From: a virus
DNA length: 44,240 bases
Reading direction: 5' to 3' (one strand)
Virus record (IMG/VR): IMGVR_UViG_3300044560_000016
Shown here: positions 33,317-41,095 of the stretch, piece after piece
Numbering within the stretch: position 1 is the first letter of the stretch
Layout of the letters: every line of letters begins with the position of its first letter
The notes under the pieces: model-generated
The model's database searches: none
What the model was told of the DNA's origin: nothing
What the model saw: the letters and a program-made list of their open reading frames with translations, nothing else
Program-made: the position numbers and the translations under genes

Positions 33317-34783
33317 TTAATCACTAGTCTTCTTATTTGCCTTCTCCGATTTATCAGAAGCGGTTTTATTATCATCAGAGTAATCTTCATCTTCAGAATC
33401 ATTAAAGCTCTGAGACGCTCTAAAACCGTCACTATTTTGAATATCATTTTTTTGATATTTAAGTTCTTGTTGCCAATCATCAACAATCGGACTTGCTTTA
33501 GCAATTGCTTCTTTACTTGAATAATTAGCAACAGCGGCAACTTCCTGAGCCTTAGCTAAATCATCTTGTACCTGAGTTCTAGTCCAAATTTGAGAGATCT
33601 TGAGGCTTTCAGCATCCCTGATACCTAAGTGATTCATAATAGCTCTCACAAGCTGACTAATGCCACGTCTAAAGTTTGATTCTGTAATTCCTGCTTTTAA
33701 TTCCAAATGAGAATACAGCATTTTAATTGCTACACCACTAGCATTACTATTCTTAAAGTTAGCAGGATCAATGCCTTGGCCATAAAGAAAGATATTTTCT
33801 TTAGTGGTCTGTAACACCGAGTTTCTAGCTTCAACCGGAATATCAATCTGCAGTGTATCAATACCAGATTGATCACCATTTCCTGCATTGTTAAACTTAA
33901 CGGCCTTATTTTCCTTTAGATCATGCATGAACTTATCAAGTGATGTGCCACCGTAGTTCTTCAGAACCAGCACTACCTGCTGAATATCATCAATATCATT
34001 CAGAAAGCCATTATAAATATCATCATAAGCATCAATAAGACCCTTACATTTCTTAAGCTCTGATAGCTTTAATTTATTTTTGGGGAACGCAATAAATGGG
34101 ACACGATCCAAGCCGTGTTTTAATACATTGCTTACACCAGTTTCATAACCGGCACTCATATCATAACTAGTAATATTGTCATAAGGTTCAAGGCTATCAA
34201 GGTCAGATGTTGGTTGCTTAAAGAATGTAGCTTCTTTATCATTCCAATATTCATGAACCGTAAATAATTTACCAGTATCAGGATCTAACTGCTTATATGA
34301 TCTCAATACACCTAATAACTTATTATCCAAAGTAGTTGAATAAATTGGAGTTATCTGATTAGGTGGAATAATTGCATATTTGAAGTTATTATCCTTATCA
34401 ATCCAATAATGAAGCCATGCTACACCAGCATTGCTTGCATCAATTACAAGATTGCTTACAGTCAAGGCAAAATCATCACCTAATACTTCAGCAATATCTT
34501 CATTATATTTTTCATTACCAACATCAATTTGAGGAGGGACAGTAGCCACATATCCTGCTTCCTGATCTACAAGTAATTGATAAAAGTTAGATGGCACACG
34601 GTTATCAGCATGACGCAATGGATCATCTTTGCCATCCTTATTTAACTTAGCCTTACCATCATTTCTACTTGTAATGTCAGTTTCATTTCTATAATATTTC
34701 AATGCATTTTCATAACGATTTAAAAAGCCAGCACGTTGTGTGCTGGTATTTTTGATCAGTTCTTGCATTTGTTTTAATTCCAA
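33317..34783 (-). CDS. Portal protein (SPP1 gp6-like)
   Basis: 488 aa between terL and the MuF gene. Confidence 0.8.
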   Translation of the reverse strand: MELKQMQELIKNTSTQRAGFLNRYENALKYYRNETDITSRNDGKAKLNKDGKDDPLRHADNRVPSNFYQLLVDQEAGYVATVPPQIDVGNEKYNEDIAEVLGDDFALTVSNLVIDASNAGVAWLHYWIDKDNNFKYAIIPPNQITPIYSTTLDNKLLGVLRSYKQLDPDTGKLFTVHEYWNDKEATFFKQPTSDLDSLEPYDNITSYDMSAGYETGVSNVLKHGLDRVPFIAFPKNKLKLSELKKCKGLIDAYDDIYNGFLNDIDDIQQVVLVLKNYGGTSLDKFMHDLKENKAVKFNNAGNGDQSGIDTLQIDIPVEARNSVLQTTKENIFLYGQGIDPANFKNSNASGVAIKMLYSHLELKAGITESNFRRGISQLVRAIMNHLGIRDAESLKISQIWTRTQVQDDLAKAQEVAAVANYSSKEAIAKASPIVDDWQQELKYQKNDIQNSDGFRASQSFNDSEDEDYSDDNKTASDKSEKANKKTSD

Positions 34784-36018
34784 GGGATGTAACCTCCTCC
34801 TTTATAGTGTTCTGAATAAATTCCATACCTTAAGCAGTCCTCACTATCATCATCTTTTTTAATTGGGGCTTCCTTTTTATCGTCCCAAACATAATTAAAA
34901 ATAGTGTCTAGCAAGTTAGGTGCTTCATCTTTGTTAATAATTAATTTTCCTTGTTTGAAATAACTATCTACAAACTCTAAGCCACTCAATACATTTTTAT
35001 TAGCATTAATACAATTGATTTCATTAGCTTGCATCTGATTTACGTAATCAACACGAGCTGAATCAGCCCAAAAGACGATGTTGCCATATTTTTGTTTAAT
35101 CTCTTTGGCAATATCTATCCAGTAATCAATGAATCTATGCTCATGTGCCCATTCCTTAATCAAATAGGATGTGCCTTTGTCATCATCACCAAACAATTGA
35201 ATAACTCCCTTATGTCCTTTACCAAATCCCCAATCAATTGATGCATAATATTTAGTCATTTCTGGTAACTGATCAGTTGTAACAGTCATGGTCTCAATAT
35301 TGAAGTCACTAAATATTTGTCCTTCAGCACTCACCCACTTGCCATAGATCATTCGATCTGTATACATCCCAGAAGGTGTAGCAGCTACTAAAGAATCAAC
35401 ATAATCTTTGGATAAAAAAGTGTTATCAAAGATTGTAAAATTGAAGACTTTGATACGTGCTTTAGGATCTTTATTATCCAAGTAATCCGTTTTAATAAAA
35501 TTTGTAGGACTATCCGGATTACTGGTTATTAGGATTCTTGCTCCTTCAACAGAACAACGGTTGATTATTTCTTGAAATACCCCTTGATCTGCTAAAGTTG
35601 CTTCATCAATCAAAGCGCCATAAGCAGTAGCACCACGAATAGAACCAATACCACGGATTGAACCGGTATAAGCCGGAACTATTTCAACTCCAAATAATGA
35701 ATAGTGACCATGCCTATCAACAGGGATGCTAATACCAAATTCATTCTCAATTGAAGCAATGATGTTTGTATAAATCGAGTTACTAGAATATCCGGCTAAT
35801 ATATAAATTGGTCTTTTAATATTGTTTTTCTTTGCTAACTTTGCGACCCGTTTTAATTCAAGCAACAACATCCAATTTGAAATATATGTTTTACCTGATC
35901 GAACCGCGCCAATCAAAAAAAGATACTTCCAATCATCATTCAAATAAGATTGAAGTACTTTTTGTTGTTTCTTTGTAAATAAATCATTTAATGCCATGCT
36001 ACTTTTTGTCGCTTTCAC
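34774..36018 (-). CDS. terL: Terminase large subunit (PBSX/Terminase_3-like)
   Basis: Walker A GAVRSGKT, LIDEA Walker B, C-terminal nuclease region. Confidence 0.9.
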   Translation of the reverse strand: MKATKSSMALNDLFTKKQQKVLQSYLNDDWKYLFLIGAVRSGKTYISNWMLLLELKRVAKLAKKNNIKRPIYILAGYSSNSIYTNIIASIENEFGISIPVDRHGHYSLFGVEIVPAYTGSIRGIGSIRGATAYGALIDEATLADQGVFQEIINRCSVEGARILITSNPDSPTNFIKTDYLDNKDPKARIKVFNFTIFDNTFLSKDYVDSLVAATPSGMYTDRMIYGKWVSAEGQIFSDFNIETMTVTTDQLPEMTKYYASIDWGFGKGHKGVIQLFGDDDKGTSYLIKEWAHEHRFIDYWIDIAKEIKQKYGNIVFWADSARVDYVNQMQANEINCINANKNVLSGLEFVDSYFKQGKLIINKDEAPNLLDTIFNYVWDDKKEAPIKKDDDSEDCLRYGIYSEHYKGGGYIPWN

Positions 36019-36493
36019 TAATCAACTTATTCATAAGTTCATCAAGTTTATCATCGCCCTCGCTGCCTAAACGCTCAGCAATATTTGCTCTAGCCTCAGA
36101 TATACGAGCATCTGCAGCAAGCTTTTTAAGTTTTTGTTTCTCCATAGGATCAGTTGTTGGATAACGTTTAAGCAATTCCTTTGCTGCAGAAATTCTATCT
36201 TTAGCAGATACAGGAACATCAGGAAAAACACCTTTAGATGTTGCTACATACTCTGTTTCTTTACCTGCTACAACTCTACTCAAATATTCCAAAACTTCAG
36301 CAGCACTTAAAATTTTATGATCTGACAACTCTTTAAGACGCTCATCAATATAAGCTTTCAGGTCAGGTTTAGTCAGGTTCTCTTGACCAATTGACTTTGC
36401 AGTTTTAGGTGAATATCCAGCTTTGATTGCAGACTGTTTAGCATTACCAGATTTTATATATTCATCACAGAATTTCTTTTGTTTAGGAGTCAA
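35999..36493 (-). CDS. terS: Terminase small subunit
   Basis: MTPKQKKFCDEYIKSGNAKQSAIKAGYSPKTAKSIG HTH typical of terS; TTG start. Confidence 0.85.
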   Translation of the reverse strand: MTPKQKKFCDEYIKSGNAKQSAIKAGYSPKTAKSIGQENLTKPDLKAYIDERLKELSDHKILSAAEVLEYLSRVVAGKETEYVATSKGVFPDVPVSAKDRISAAKELLKRYPTTDPMEKQKLKKLAADARISEARANIAERLGSEGDDKLDELMNKLISESDKK

Positions 36494-36525
36494 ATCATAT
36501 CACCACCGCCTTTAGAATTTTGAGT

Positions 36526-36551
36526 AAAATAAAAAGCCAGCTTTGCTGACT
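36526..36551 (-). terminator. Intrinsic terminator closing the RNA locus upstream of terS
   Basis: Minus-strand agtcagc-aaa-gctggct followed by TTTTTATTTT. Confidence 0.5.
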
Positions 36552-36563
36552 TAAAAATATTAA

Positions 36564-36635
36564 AACCTAGGATGGACTTGCACCATCATTGCTGACTTTC
36601 GTAAGTCATGTTTTTTCTAATTAAACTACTAGGCC
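36564..36635 (-). ncRNA. tRNA-shaped element with an aberrant anticodon loop (6 or 8 nt) and a non-canonical T-loop
   Basis: 72 nt: acceptor ggcctag/ctaggtt (two G-U pairs), D stem gttt/aaac, stem tgact/agtca with loop tacgaa, T arm gatgg-tgcaagt-ccatc. Confidence 0.4.
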
Positions 36636-36658
36636 CTTAATTCCGTATTAAGAATTAA

Positions 36659-36729
36659 CAGACTCACCAGGAATCGAACCCAGATAGCTTGATTTGGAGT
36701 CAAGCCGTTTGCCATTAACATATGAGTCT
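36659..36729 (-). tRNA. trnW: tRNA-Trp (anticodon CCA)
   Basis: Hand-folded cloverleaf: 7-bp acceptor agactca/tgagtct, D loop AATGGCA, anticodon stem cttga/tcaag with loop CTCCAAA, T arm ctggg-TTCGATT-cctgg, discriminator G, A1-U72; CCA not encoded. Confidence 0.85.
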
Positions 36730-37060
36730 GGAATGGTGTGCCATAAGCACACCGACAACGTTTACGCTCTGCTCGCTCGCCTCAGTACCGTTAAAAACGG
36801 GAGGGTCTTCGCAAGCTATGCACAAGGCTGGACTTTCACCAGCACCACCGCAACTGCAATAGTCGGACGTGTCATTTTACCGTTTAGGTTTTCATGTGCG
36901 CCACTGAATATTTAAAACGAAGGTGCAATTTATTTAACGACGCTTGCTAACGTCACTGCGGCTGATGCGGGACTTCAACCCGCCTGCGTGTACTGCAGAT
37001 CAAATGTCAATTAACAAGAACGGTAACCACACGAGATCAGCCTGTTGTTTTGTCTTAAGA
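36730..37060 (-). ncRNA. Hairpin-dense, G+C-enriched non-coding segment of unknown RNA class
   Basis: Hairpins at 36735-36753 (7 bp), 36788-36800 and 36827-36843 (5 bp, 7-nt loop), plus the tRNA-like module at 36959-37042; no ORF with a ribosome-binding site. Confidence 0.5.
36959..37042 (-). ncRNA. tRNA-like element with a long variable arm and an atypical T-loop
   Basis: Perfect 7-bp acceptor ggctgat/atcagcc, T arm gcggg-TTGAAGT-cccgc, extra arm ctgc-agtacac-gcag, candidate anticodon arm gttaa-TTGACAT-ttgat (two G-U pairs), poor D arm. Confidence 0.4.
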
Positions 37061-37104
37061 AGTATTTCTTAATTTTTCGACAATACTATATTAACGTGTA
37101 ATGA

Positions 37105-37162
37105 ATACGTTTAGCGTACGTATTCCGTACTTTATCCGTACGTTATACGTTATTCGTACGCT
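37105..37162. repeat. Array of ~11-bp phased direct repeats (minus-strand GTACGGAATAA-like) overlapping the ArpU gene 3' end
   Basis: TACG/GTAC cores at 37106, 37117, 37128, 37139, 37146 and 37157; followed on the minus strand by TATAGT (37085-37090). Confidence 0.6.
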
Positions 37163-37590
37163 AGTAATCTTATAACTTTGTCACAATGATTCTTTATTTG
37201 CCATCCCTCAAAAGAATAAGCAAAAGTAAGTAATGCTCTTTTTCTGTAAGTCGCAAATGAAGTGTGTTCTCTATATACCAGAGGTTGAATATCTACCCAT
37301 CTTTGATGATTGATATATAACCCAATCAAGATTTTTTGTGAAACTGGATCTACACCATGATATAAAGCATCGTGAACAGATTTAACAACGTTCTGAGCAT
37401 CTAAACCATTAATTAACTTAGTTTCAATACCGTTTGCCTCACTTGAGCCATAGTTTTCTTCAAAACTAGGTGATGATAGATCAACCATCCTACTACCACT
37501 CATAAGGACTATTTTTTCTAAATCGTCTTTGAAAAAGTTACTTACATTATCATACGTTTTAACAGCATCAACTTTAGGTACTAACTCCAC
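37150..37590 (-). CDS. ArpU-family late transcriptional regulator
   Basis: 146 aa, GTG start, located immediately upstream of the packaging module as in LAB phages; C-terminal YRKRALLTFAY region. Confidence 0.6.
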   Translation of the reverse strand: MELVPKVDAVKTYDNVSNFFKDDLEKIVLMSGSRMVDLSSPSFEENYGSSEANGIETKLINGLDAQNVVKSVHDALYHGVDPVSQKILIGLYINHQRWVDIQPLVYREHTSFATYRKRALLTFAYSFEGWQIKNHCDKVIRLLAYE

Positions 37591-37594
37591 ATAA

Positions 37595-37708
37595 TCACTC
37601 CATAAATTTTCTCAGTGCCTCGGTTCCAGCAACAGAAACTGGAATTTTATGTTCCTTGCACCATTCAACAAATAAATCGTAAGTATAACTATCTACTAGT
37701 AACTCCAT
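37595..37708 (-). CDS. Small hypothetical protein (37 aa)
   Basis: Manual ORF MELLVDSYTYDLFVEWCKEHKIPVSVAGTEALRKFME*; TAATG overlap with the upstream gene. Confidence 0.3.
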   Translation of the reverse strand: MELLVDSYTYDLFVEWCKEHKIPVSVAGTEALRKFME

Positions 37709-38247
37709 TAATAGTCCTCCTCATAAATATAGGAATCAATACCAGTTCGTATAACCGGTTTATCTAGGTAAGGCGGCAAATAATAGCAACCGTTGCGGAT
37801 AAAGCACCAATGATATTTACCTTGATAAACCTTATACTTTCTAGATTTTAAAAATTCTATTCGACTGCCTTTAGAGGGTGCATACATAAAATGTGAACTT
37901 ACAAATTGGCGCAAGTTAGTAATGTAATACGTATCACCCGTTGGCGAAGCAATCCGATATTTGAAAACCGTTTTCAATCGAATCCCATTATTCTTTATAA
38001 AGTTTATGATCCGGTTATTGTCACCAGGTATTTGATCAACAATTTCCCCGATCGAATAGCCTTCATGCGCTAATTTATAAATTTTATTTTTATAAATATT
38101 AGCTAAGCCTGCATGCTTATTTGAAGGATACAGTTTACGAATAGCTACATAATCTGGATCATCTTCAGGACAATTGACTATTGAACCATACTTAGATTCA
38201 ATACTATTTACCAGCATTAATATTTCTTGATATTTAGTCATAACCAT
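37708..38247 (-). CDS. Hypothetical protein
   Basis: 179-aa ORF after the HNH endonuclease. Confidence 0.45.
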   Translation of the reverse strand: MVMTKYQEILMLVNSIESKYGSIVNCPEDDPDYVAIRKLYPSNKHAGLANIYKNKIYKLAHEGYSIGEIVDQIPGDNNRIINFIKNNGIRLKTVFKYRIASPTGDTYYITNLRQFVSSHFMYAPSKGSRIEFLKSRKYKVYQGKYHWCFIRNGCYYLPPYLDKPVIRTGIDSYIYEEDY

Positions 38248-38250
38248 AAC

Positions 38251-38832
38251 TCACGCGTATCTCCATAAATAACCATTATGACTTTTATGTTTACCACGAC
38301 AACAATCAGAAATACCATCTTGTTTGGATCCAGTTTTTCTAGCAGCTTCACTTTGAGATGGATAAACATGTAATTGTTTTCCATTCAAATCTAACTGCTC
38401 TACTGCTTTAGAAGCTTTCTTGCCGTTTTTTATTGCAATTTTTCTATTTCTTTTTCCATTTAGGCTTAATTTCAAATTATGATTGCCATAGTTATTGTTA
38501 TATGAATAAGTACACCATTCTAAATTTGAAACATTATTATTCTTAGGATTTTCATCTTTATGATTAACACAAGGTAGATCATTAGGATTAGGGATAAACG
38601 CTTGAGCTACTAGCCTTTGAATTTCTATAGTTTTTCCATTTTTATGTCCATCATATAAGATCACACTAAGATAGCCCTTGATTTTATGAAGTCTTAATTT
38701 TAAAATCTTGCCTTTTAAATTTGCAAAAGTGTAGCCATTCCATCGTTTTCGGTCTAAACTTTTAACTCTTCCTAAATTTGATACTTGGTATCTTCCTTCA
38801 TATCCTTGAACATCTTTCCAGATTTCTTTCAT
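38251..38832 (-). CDS. HNH homing-type endonuclease with a NUMOD4-like N-terminus
   Basis: WKDVQGYEGRYQVSNLGRVKS and VNHKDENPKNNNVSNLEW motifs. Confidence 0.8.
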   Translation of the reverse strand: MKEIWKDVQGYEGRYQVSNLGRVKSLDRKRWNGYTFANLKGKILKLRLHKIKGYLSVILYDGHKNGKTIEIQRLVAQAFIPNPNDLPCVNHKDENPKNNNVSNLEWCTYSYNNNYGNHNLKLSLNGKRNRKIAIKNGKKASKAVEQLDLNGKQLHVYPSQSEAARKTGSKQDGISDCCRGKHKSHNGYLWRYA

Positions 38833-39191
38833 TAAAAAACACCTCCGTAATCACTGTATCCAAAGCCTACTAAACTTCCGTCAACTATCATCAGTGCATC
38901 TTTTGCAGATCGCGCAATTCCGTGAATCACATTATGAGATTGAAGCATTTCATGAAAACGAATTTGATCAGGGCGGGGCTTACCTGTTTTAGATTTAACC
39001 TCAATACAAAAGAACTGATTATCAACCCACCGATAACCCATTAAATCTGGGAACCCTTGAGGTAGTCCTGTATCAAACCAACGATGATCAATAGTTTGCA
39101 CCTTACCAACATTTGTACGAAATACAGAACATTTATGTTGTGATAAAGCCACTTGAATCTGCTTTTGAATTTCATGCTCAGATGTAGCCAT
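38832..39191 (-). CDS. VRR-NUC domain nuclease
   Basis: GFPDL...IEVKSKTGKPRPDQ pattern. Confidence 0.7.
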   Translation of the reverse strand: MATSEHEIQKQIQVALSQHKCSVFRTNVGKVQTIDHRWFDTGLPQGFPDLMGYRWVDNQFFCIEVKSKTGKPRPDQIRFHEMLQSHNVIHGIARSAKDALMIVDGSLVGFGYSDYGGVF

Positions 39192-39383
39192 TTAAAACAC
39201 CACACGATCATAAGTAAGATTCAGATGCTTAATGTCATGTTCCTTGTCTTTAAGATCTTGTAAACTAGCATTTTCTTTAACTACAAAAACATAGCGTAAG
39301 TTCTTATTCTTAAAAAATGGATTATCTGCCATACCATAAGTATGAATAAAAGTTTTTGGATCTTCGTAACGTAATAATTTCAT
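39192..39383 (-). CDS. Hypothetical protein
   Basis: 63-aa ORF in a tightly packed early operon. Confidence 0.4.
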   Translation of the reverse strand: MKLLRYEDPKTFIHTYGMADNPFFKNKNLRYVFVVKENASLQDLKDKEHDIKHLNLTYDRVVF

Positions 39384-39545
39384 TTAAATACCTCTCATAA
39401 ATAAAAGAATAATCAATGTTAAATCGATGACTGTTAAACCAACACTTAGCCAGCTTTGTGTTATATCTTCTTCAGCATTTTTGATTAAATCGTAAAACAG
39501 ACAATTTACGATAAGAACGATAAACCACCAACTAACTATTAGCAT
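39384..39545 (-). CDS. Small two-TM membrane protein
   Basis: Likely start MLIVSWWFIVLIV at 39545. Confidence 0.4.
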   Translation of the reverse strand: MLIVSWWFIVLIVNCLFYDLIKNAEEDITQSWLSVGLTVIDLTLIILLFMRGI

Positions 39546-39735
39546 TCTTAGCCTCCTCTGGTAGCAGCTCAGTTTGACTGGCTTCAAAGTTAACCATAAC
39601 CGAGCCTTGAAAAATATCGCTTAGTTGATCTAAAACAATATCCTTAGTATCTGCAGTCAAATTAACCGTAACTGTACCGTTTTTTACCTTAAAATTATCA
39701 ATATCTGCTTTAAATTGAATAATTTTGCCATGCAT
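39532..39735 (-). CDS. Hypothetical protein
   Basis: 67-aa ORF. Confidence 0.4.
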   Translation of the reverse strand: MHGKIIQFKADIDNFKVKNGTVTVNLTADTKDIVLDQLSDIFQGSVMVNFEASQTELLPEEAKNANS

Positions 39736-39754
39736 AATTTATTTCCTCCGTTAA

Positions 39755-39976
39755 TTAATATTTTGTTAACTCATGAATTTGGGTTATTTTATTAGTATCT
39801 GCTTGATCAGATACTGTTAACTCATAGATCTTATTTAATCTGTTAACAAAATCTTTACGTTCGGTTTCATATTCTGAAGCCTGCTTTTTTAATTTTTCGT
39901 TTTTCTCTTTATAGTAGTCAGCTTGATTATGATAAAACCTAATTGCACTTTTTAAGTCTTCAACTGTTTCAGTCAT
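39755..39976 (-). CDS. Hypothetical coiled-coil protein
   Basis: 73-aa ORF. Confidence 0.4.
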   Translation of the reverse strand: MTETVEDLKSAIRFYHNQADYYKEKNEKLKKQASEYETERKDFVNRLNKIYELTVSDQADTNKITQIHELTKY

Positions 39977-40160
39977 TTCCGTGCCTCTTTGTTACATCCC
40001 AAAACGACCAACTAAAATGTTCAAATGCGATCTCTTCAGCTTCATTTTGTATTTCTTCTGGAGTAGCATCATCATCTACTTCAAAATCTTCATGCATATA
40101 AGGATCATCTGGACGAGTATAAATATCTGGATACTCCCAAGAAACTCTAATTTTTTTCAT
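39969..40160 (-). CDS. Hypothetical acidic protein
   Basis: Start MKKIRVSW at 40160, 9-10 nt after GGAGG. Confidence 0.4.
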   Translation of the reverse strand: MKKIRVSWEYPDIYTRPDDPYMHEDFEVDDDATPEEIQNEAEEIAFEHFSWSFWDVTKRHGND

Positions 40161-40395
40161 TTTCATGTTCCTCCGTTTTATTATTATCATCAAGAATATC
40201 AATATACTTAATATTCTTTGTAGGCAAAACCAAAGTCCGATCTTGATTATTTTTACCTCTTGAATTTAAGACATATGCAAAATTACGATCCATTGCATCT
40301 TTAATATCATTAGAAATATCTGGTAACCAAATATCTTCATTTTCAAAAGTGATATCAGTACCATCTTTAAAGAAAATTTTTATTGTTCTTTTCAT
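40147..40395 (-). CDS. Hypothetical protein
   Basis: 82-aa ORF. Confidence 0.4.
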   Translation of the reverse strand: MKRTIKIFFKDGTDITFENEDIWLPDISNDIKDAMDRNFAYVLNSRGKNNQDRTLVLPTKNIKYIDILDDNNKTEEHENEKN

Positions 40396-40413
40396 TTAAG
40401 AGCCTCCATTAAT

Positions 40414-40557
40414 TTAATAAATTCCGCTAGTATAACTGTATCTAGCAATATCCATATCTCCGCAATAAGGGCAATATCTAATATCGCCAATTTCAGCAAC
40501 AATAAATTCTCTGCCACAATGGTCACAATGATATTCAGATAAATTATGATTATTCAT
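40414..40557 (-). CDS. Small zinc-ribbon protein (47 aa)
   Basis: Manual ORF MNNHNLSEYHCDHCGREFIVAEIGDIRYCPYCGDMDIARYSYTSGIY* with CxxC...CxxC. Confidence 0.45.
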   Translation of the reverse strand: MNNHNLSEYHCDHCGREFIVAEIGDIRYCPYCGDMDIARYSYTSGIY

Positions 40558-40871
40558 TTTTGTGTTCCTTCAAATATTTCAAAGCTAAGATTGAGTAACC
40601 AGCCATATCTAAAAGCGTATCTTCAAGTGATTCATCGTTTTCCTTGAGTTCACCACGCTTGATTAGATTACAAATACGGTTAAATTTATCAGATAGCCGC
40701 ACCGCAATTACAGTTTTACCGAATTTGTCAACCGATTTAGTGAATGAATCACCATAAGCTTGATTTTTTTTCTTGTAAGGTAGCTGCTAGTTTATCGGTG
40801 TAGAATTTAAACGGATTCGATGTTTCAGTTCTGTCAAATTGAGTTAATAATTCGTCAACTTTATTAGCCAT
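40550..40871 (-). pseudogene. DUF1599 / MazG-like all-alpha NTP-pyrophosphohydrolase-superfamily gene interrupted at an A8 tract
   Basis: N-terminal frame MANKVDELLTQFDRTETSNPFKFYTDKLAATLQEK..., C-terminal frame QAYGDSFTKSVDKFGKTVIAVRLSDKFNRICNLIKRGELKENDESLEDTLLDMAGYSILALKYLKEHKNE*. The frames join if the run at 40763-40770 were 7 nt. Confidence 0.5.
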
Positions 40872-41080
40872 TAATAATCACCTCGTTTCAATTTATTAGT
40901 TAACAACCGTTGTTTAAATTTAAGATTTGCATCAGCAACGGGAAGGGCAAATTTAGCAACTAATCCATTAACACCAGAATCATTCTTATACTTATCTCTT
41001 AAGTAAGCATTATGAATAAGTTCTTGATTAATGTGATAGATTTCAAGGGTTAATTTCTTCTTTCTAATTCTGCGTTTCAT
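40871..41080 (-). CDS. Hypothetical basic protein
   Basis: 69-aa ORF. Confidence 0.4.
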   Translation of the reverse strand: MKRRIRKKKLTLEIYHINQELIHNAYLRDKYKNDSGVNGLVAKFALPVADANLKFKQRLLTNKLKRGDY

Positions 41081-41095
41081 TGGATGTCCTCCAGC

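Noticed and set aside
28623-33540. Same-strand alternative-frame ORFs nested in structural genes (28623..28811, 30172..30366, 30633..30830, 33271..33540), plus the plus-strand antisense ORFs 28920..29147 and 25699..25893
   Set aside because: Each lies within or antisense to a longer ORF with clear structural-module synteny. Their products are Leu/Lys/Ile-rich, low-complexity artefacts of the AT-rich sequence.
36694-36915. 73-aa plus-strand ORF in the RNA locus
   Set aside because: It has no Shine-Dalgarno sequence and lies antisense to a bona fide tRNA and to hairpin-dense sequence. Its composition reflects the G+C-rich structured region.
36730-37042. tmRNA hypothesis, prompted by GGCTGAT resembling the tmRNA 5' end plus a T-arm-like 3' end
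   Set aside because: The acceptor halves are only 83 nt apart. I found no tag-peptide reading frame, and the 3' end lacks the canonical T-loop and CCA context. The element is too small and wrongly organised for tmRNA.
36494-37149. cos site as the explanation for the G+C-rich intergenic region upstream of terS
   Set aside because: The region contains a clean tRNA and tRNA-like folds. The terminase looks PBSX/headful-type, and the assembly closed as a circle. I could not exclude a pac or terS-binding role for the 37105-37162 repeats, so that part is kept as a finding.
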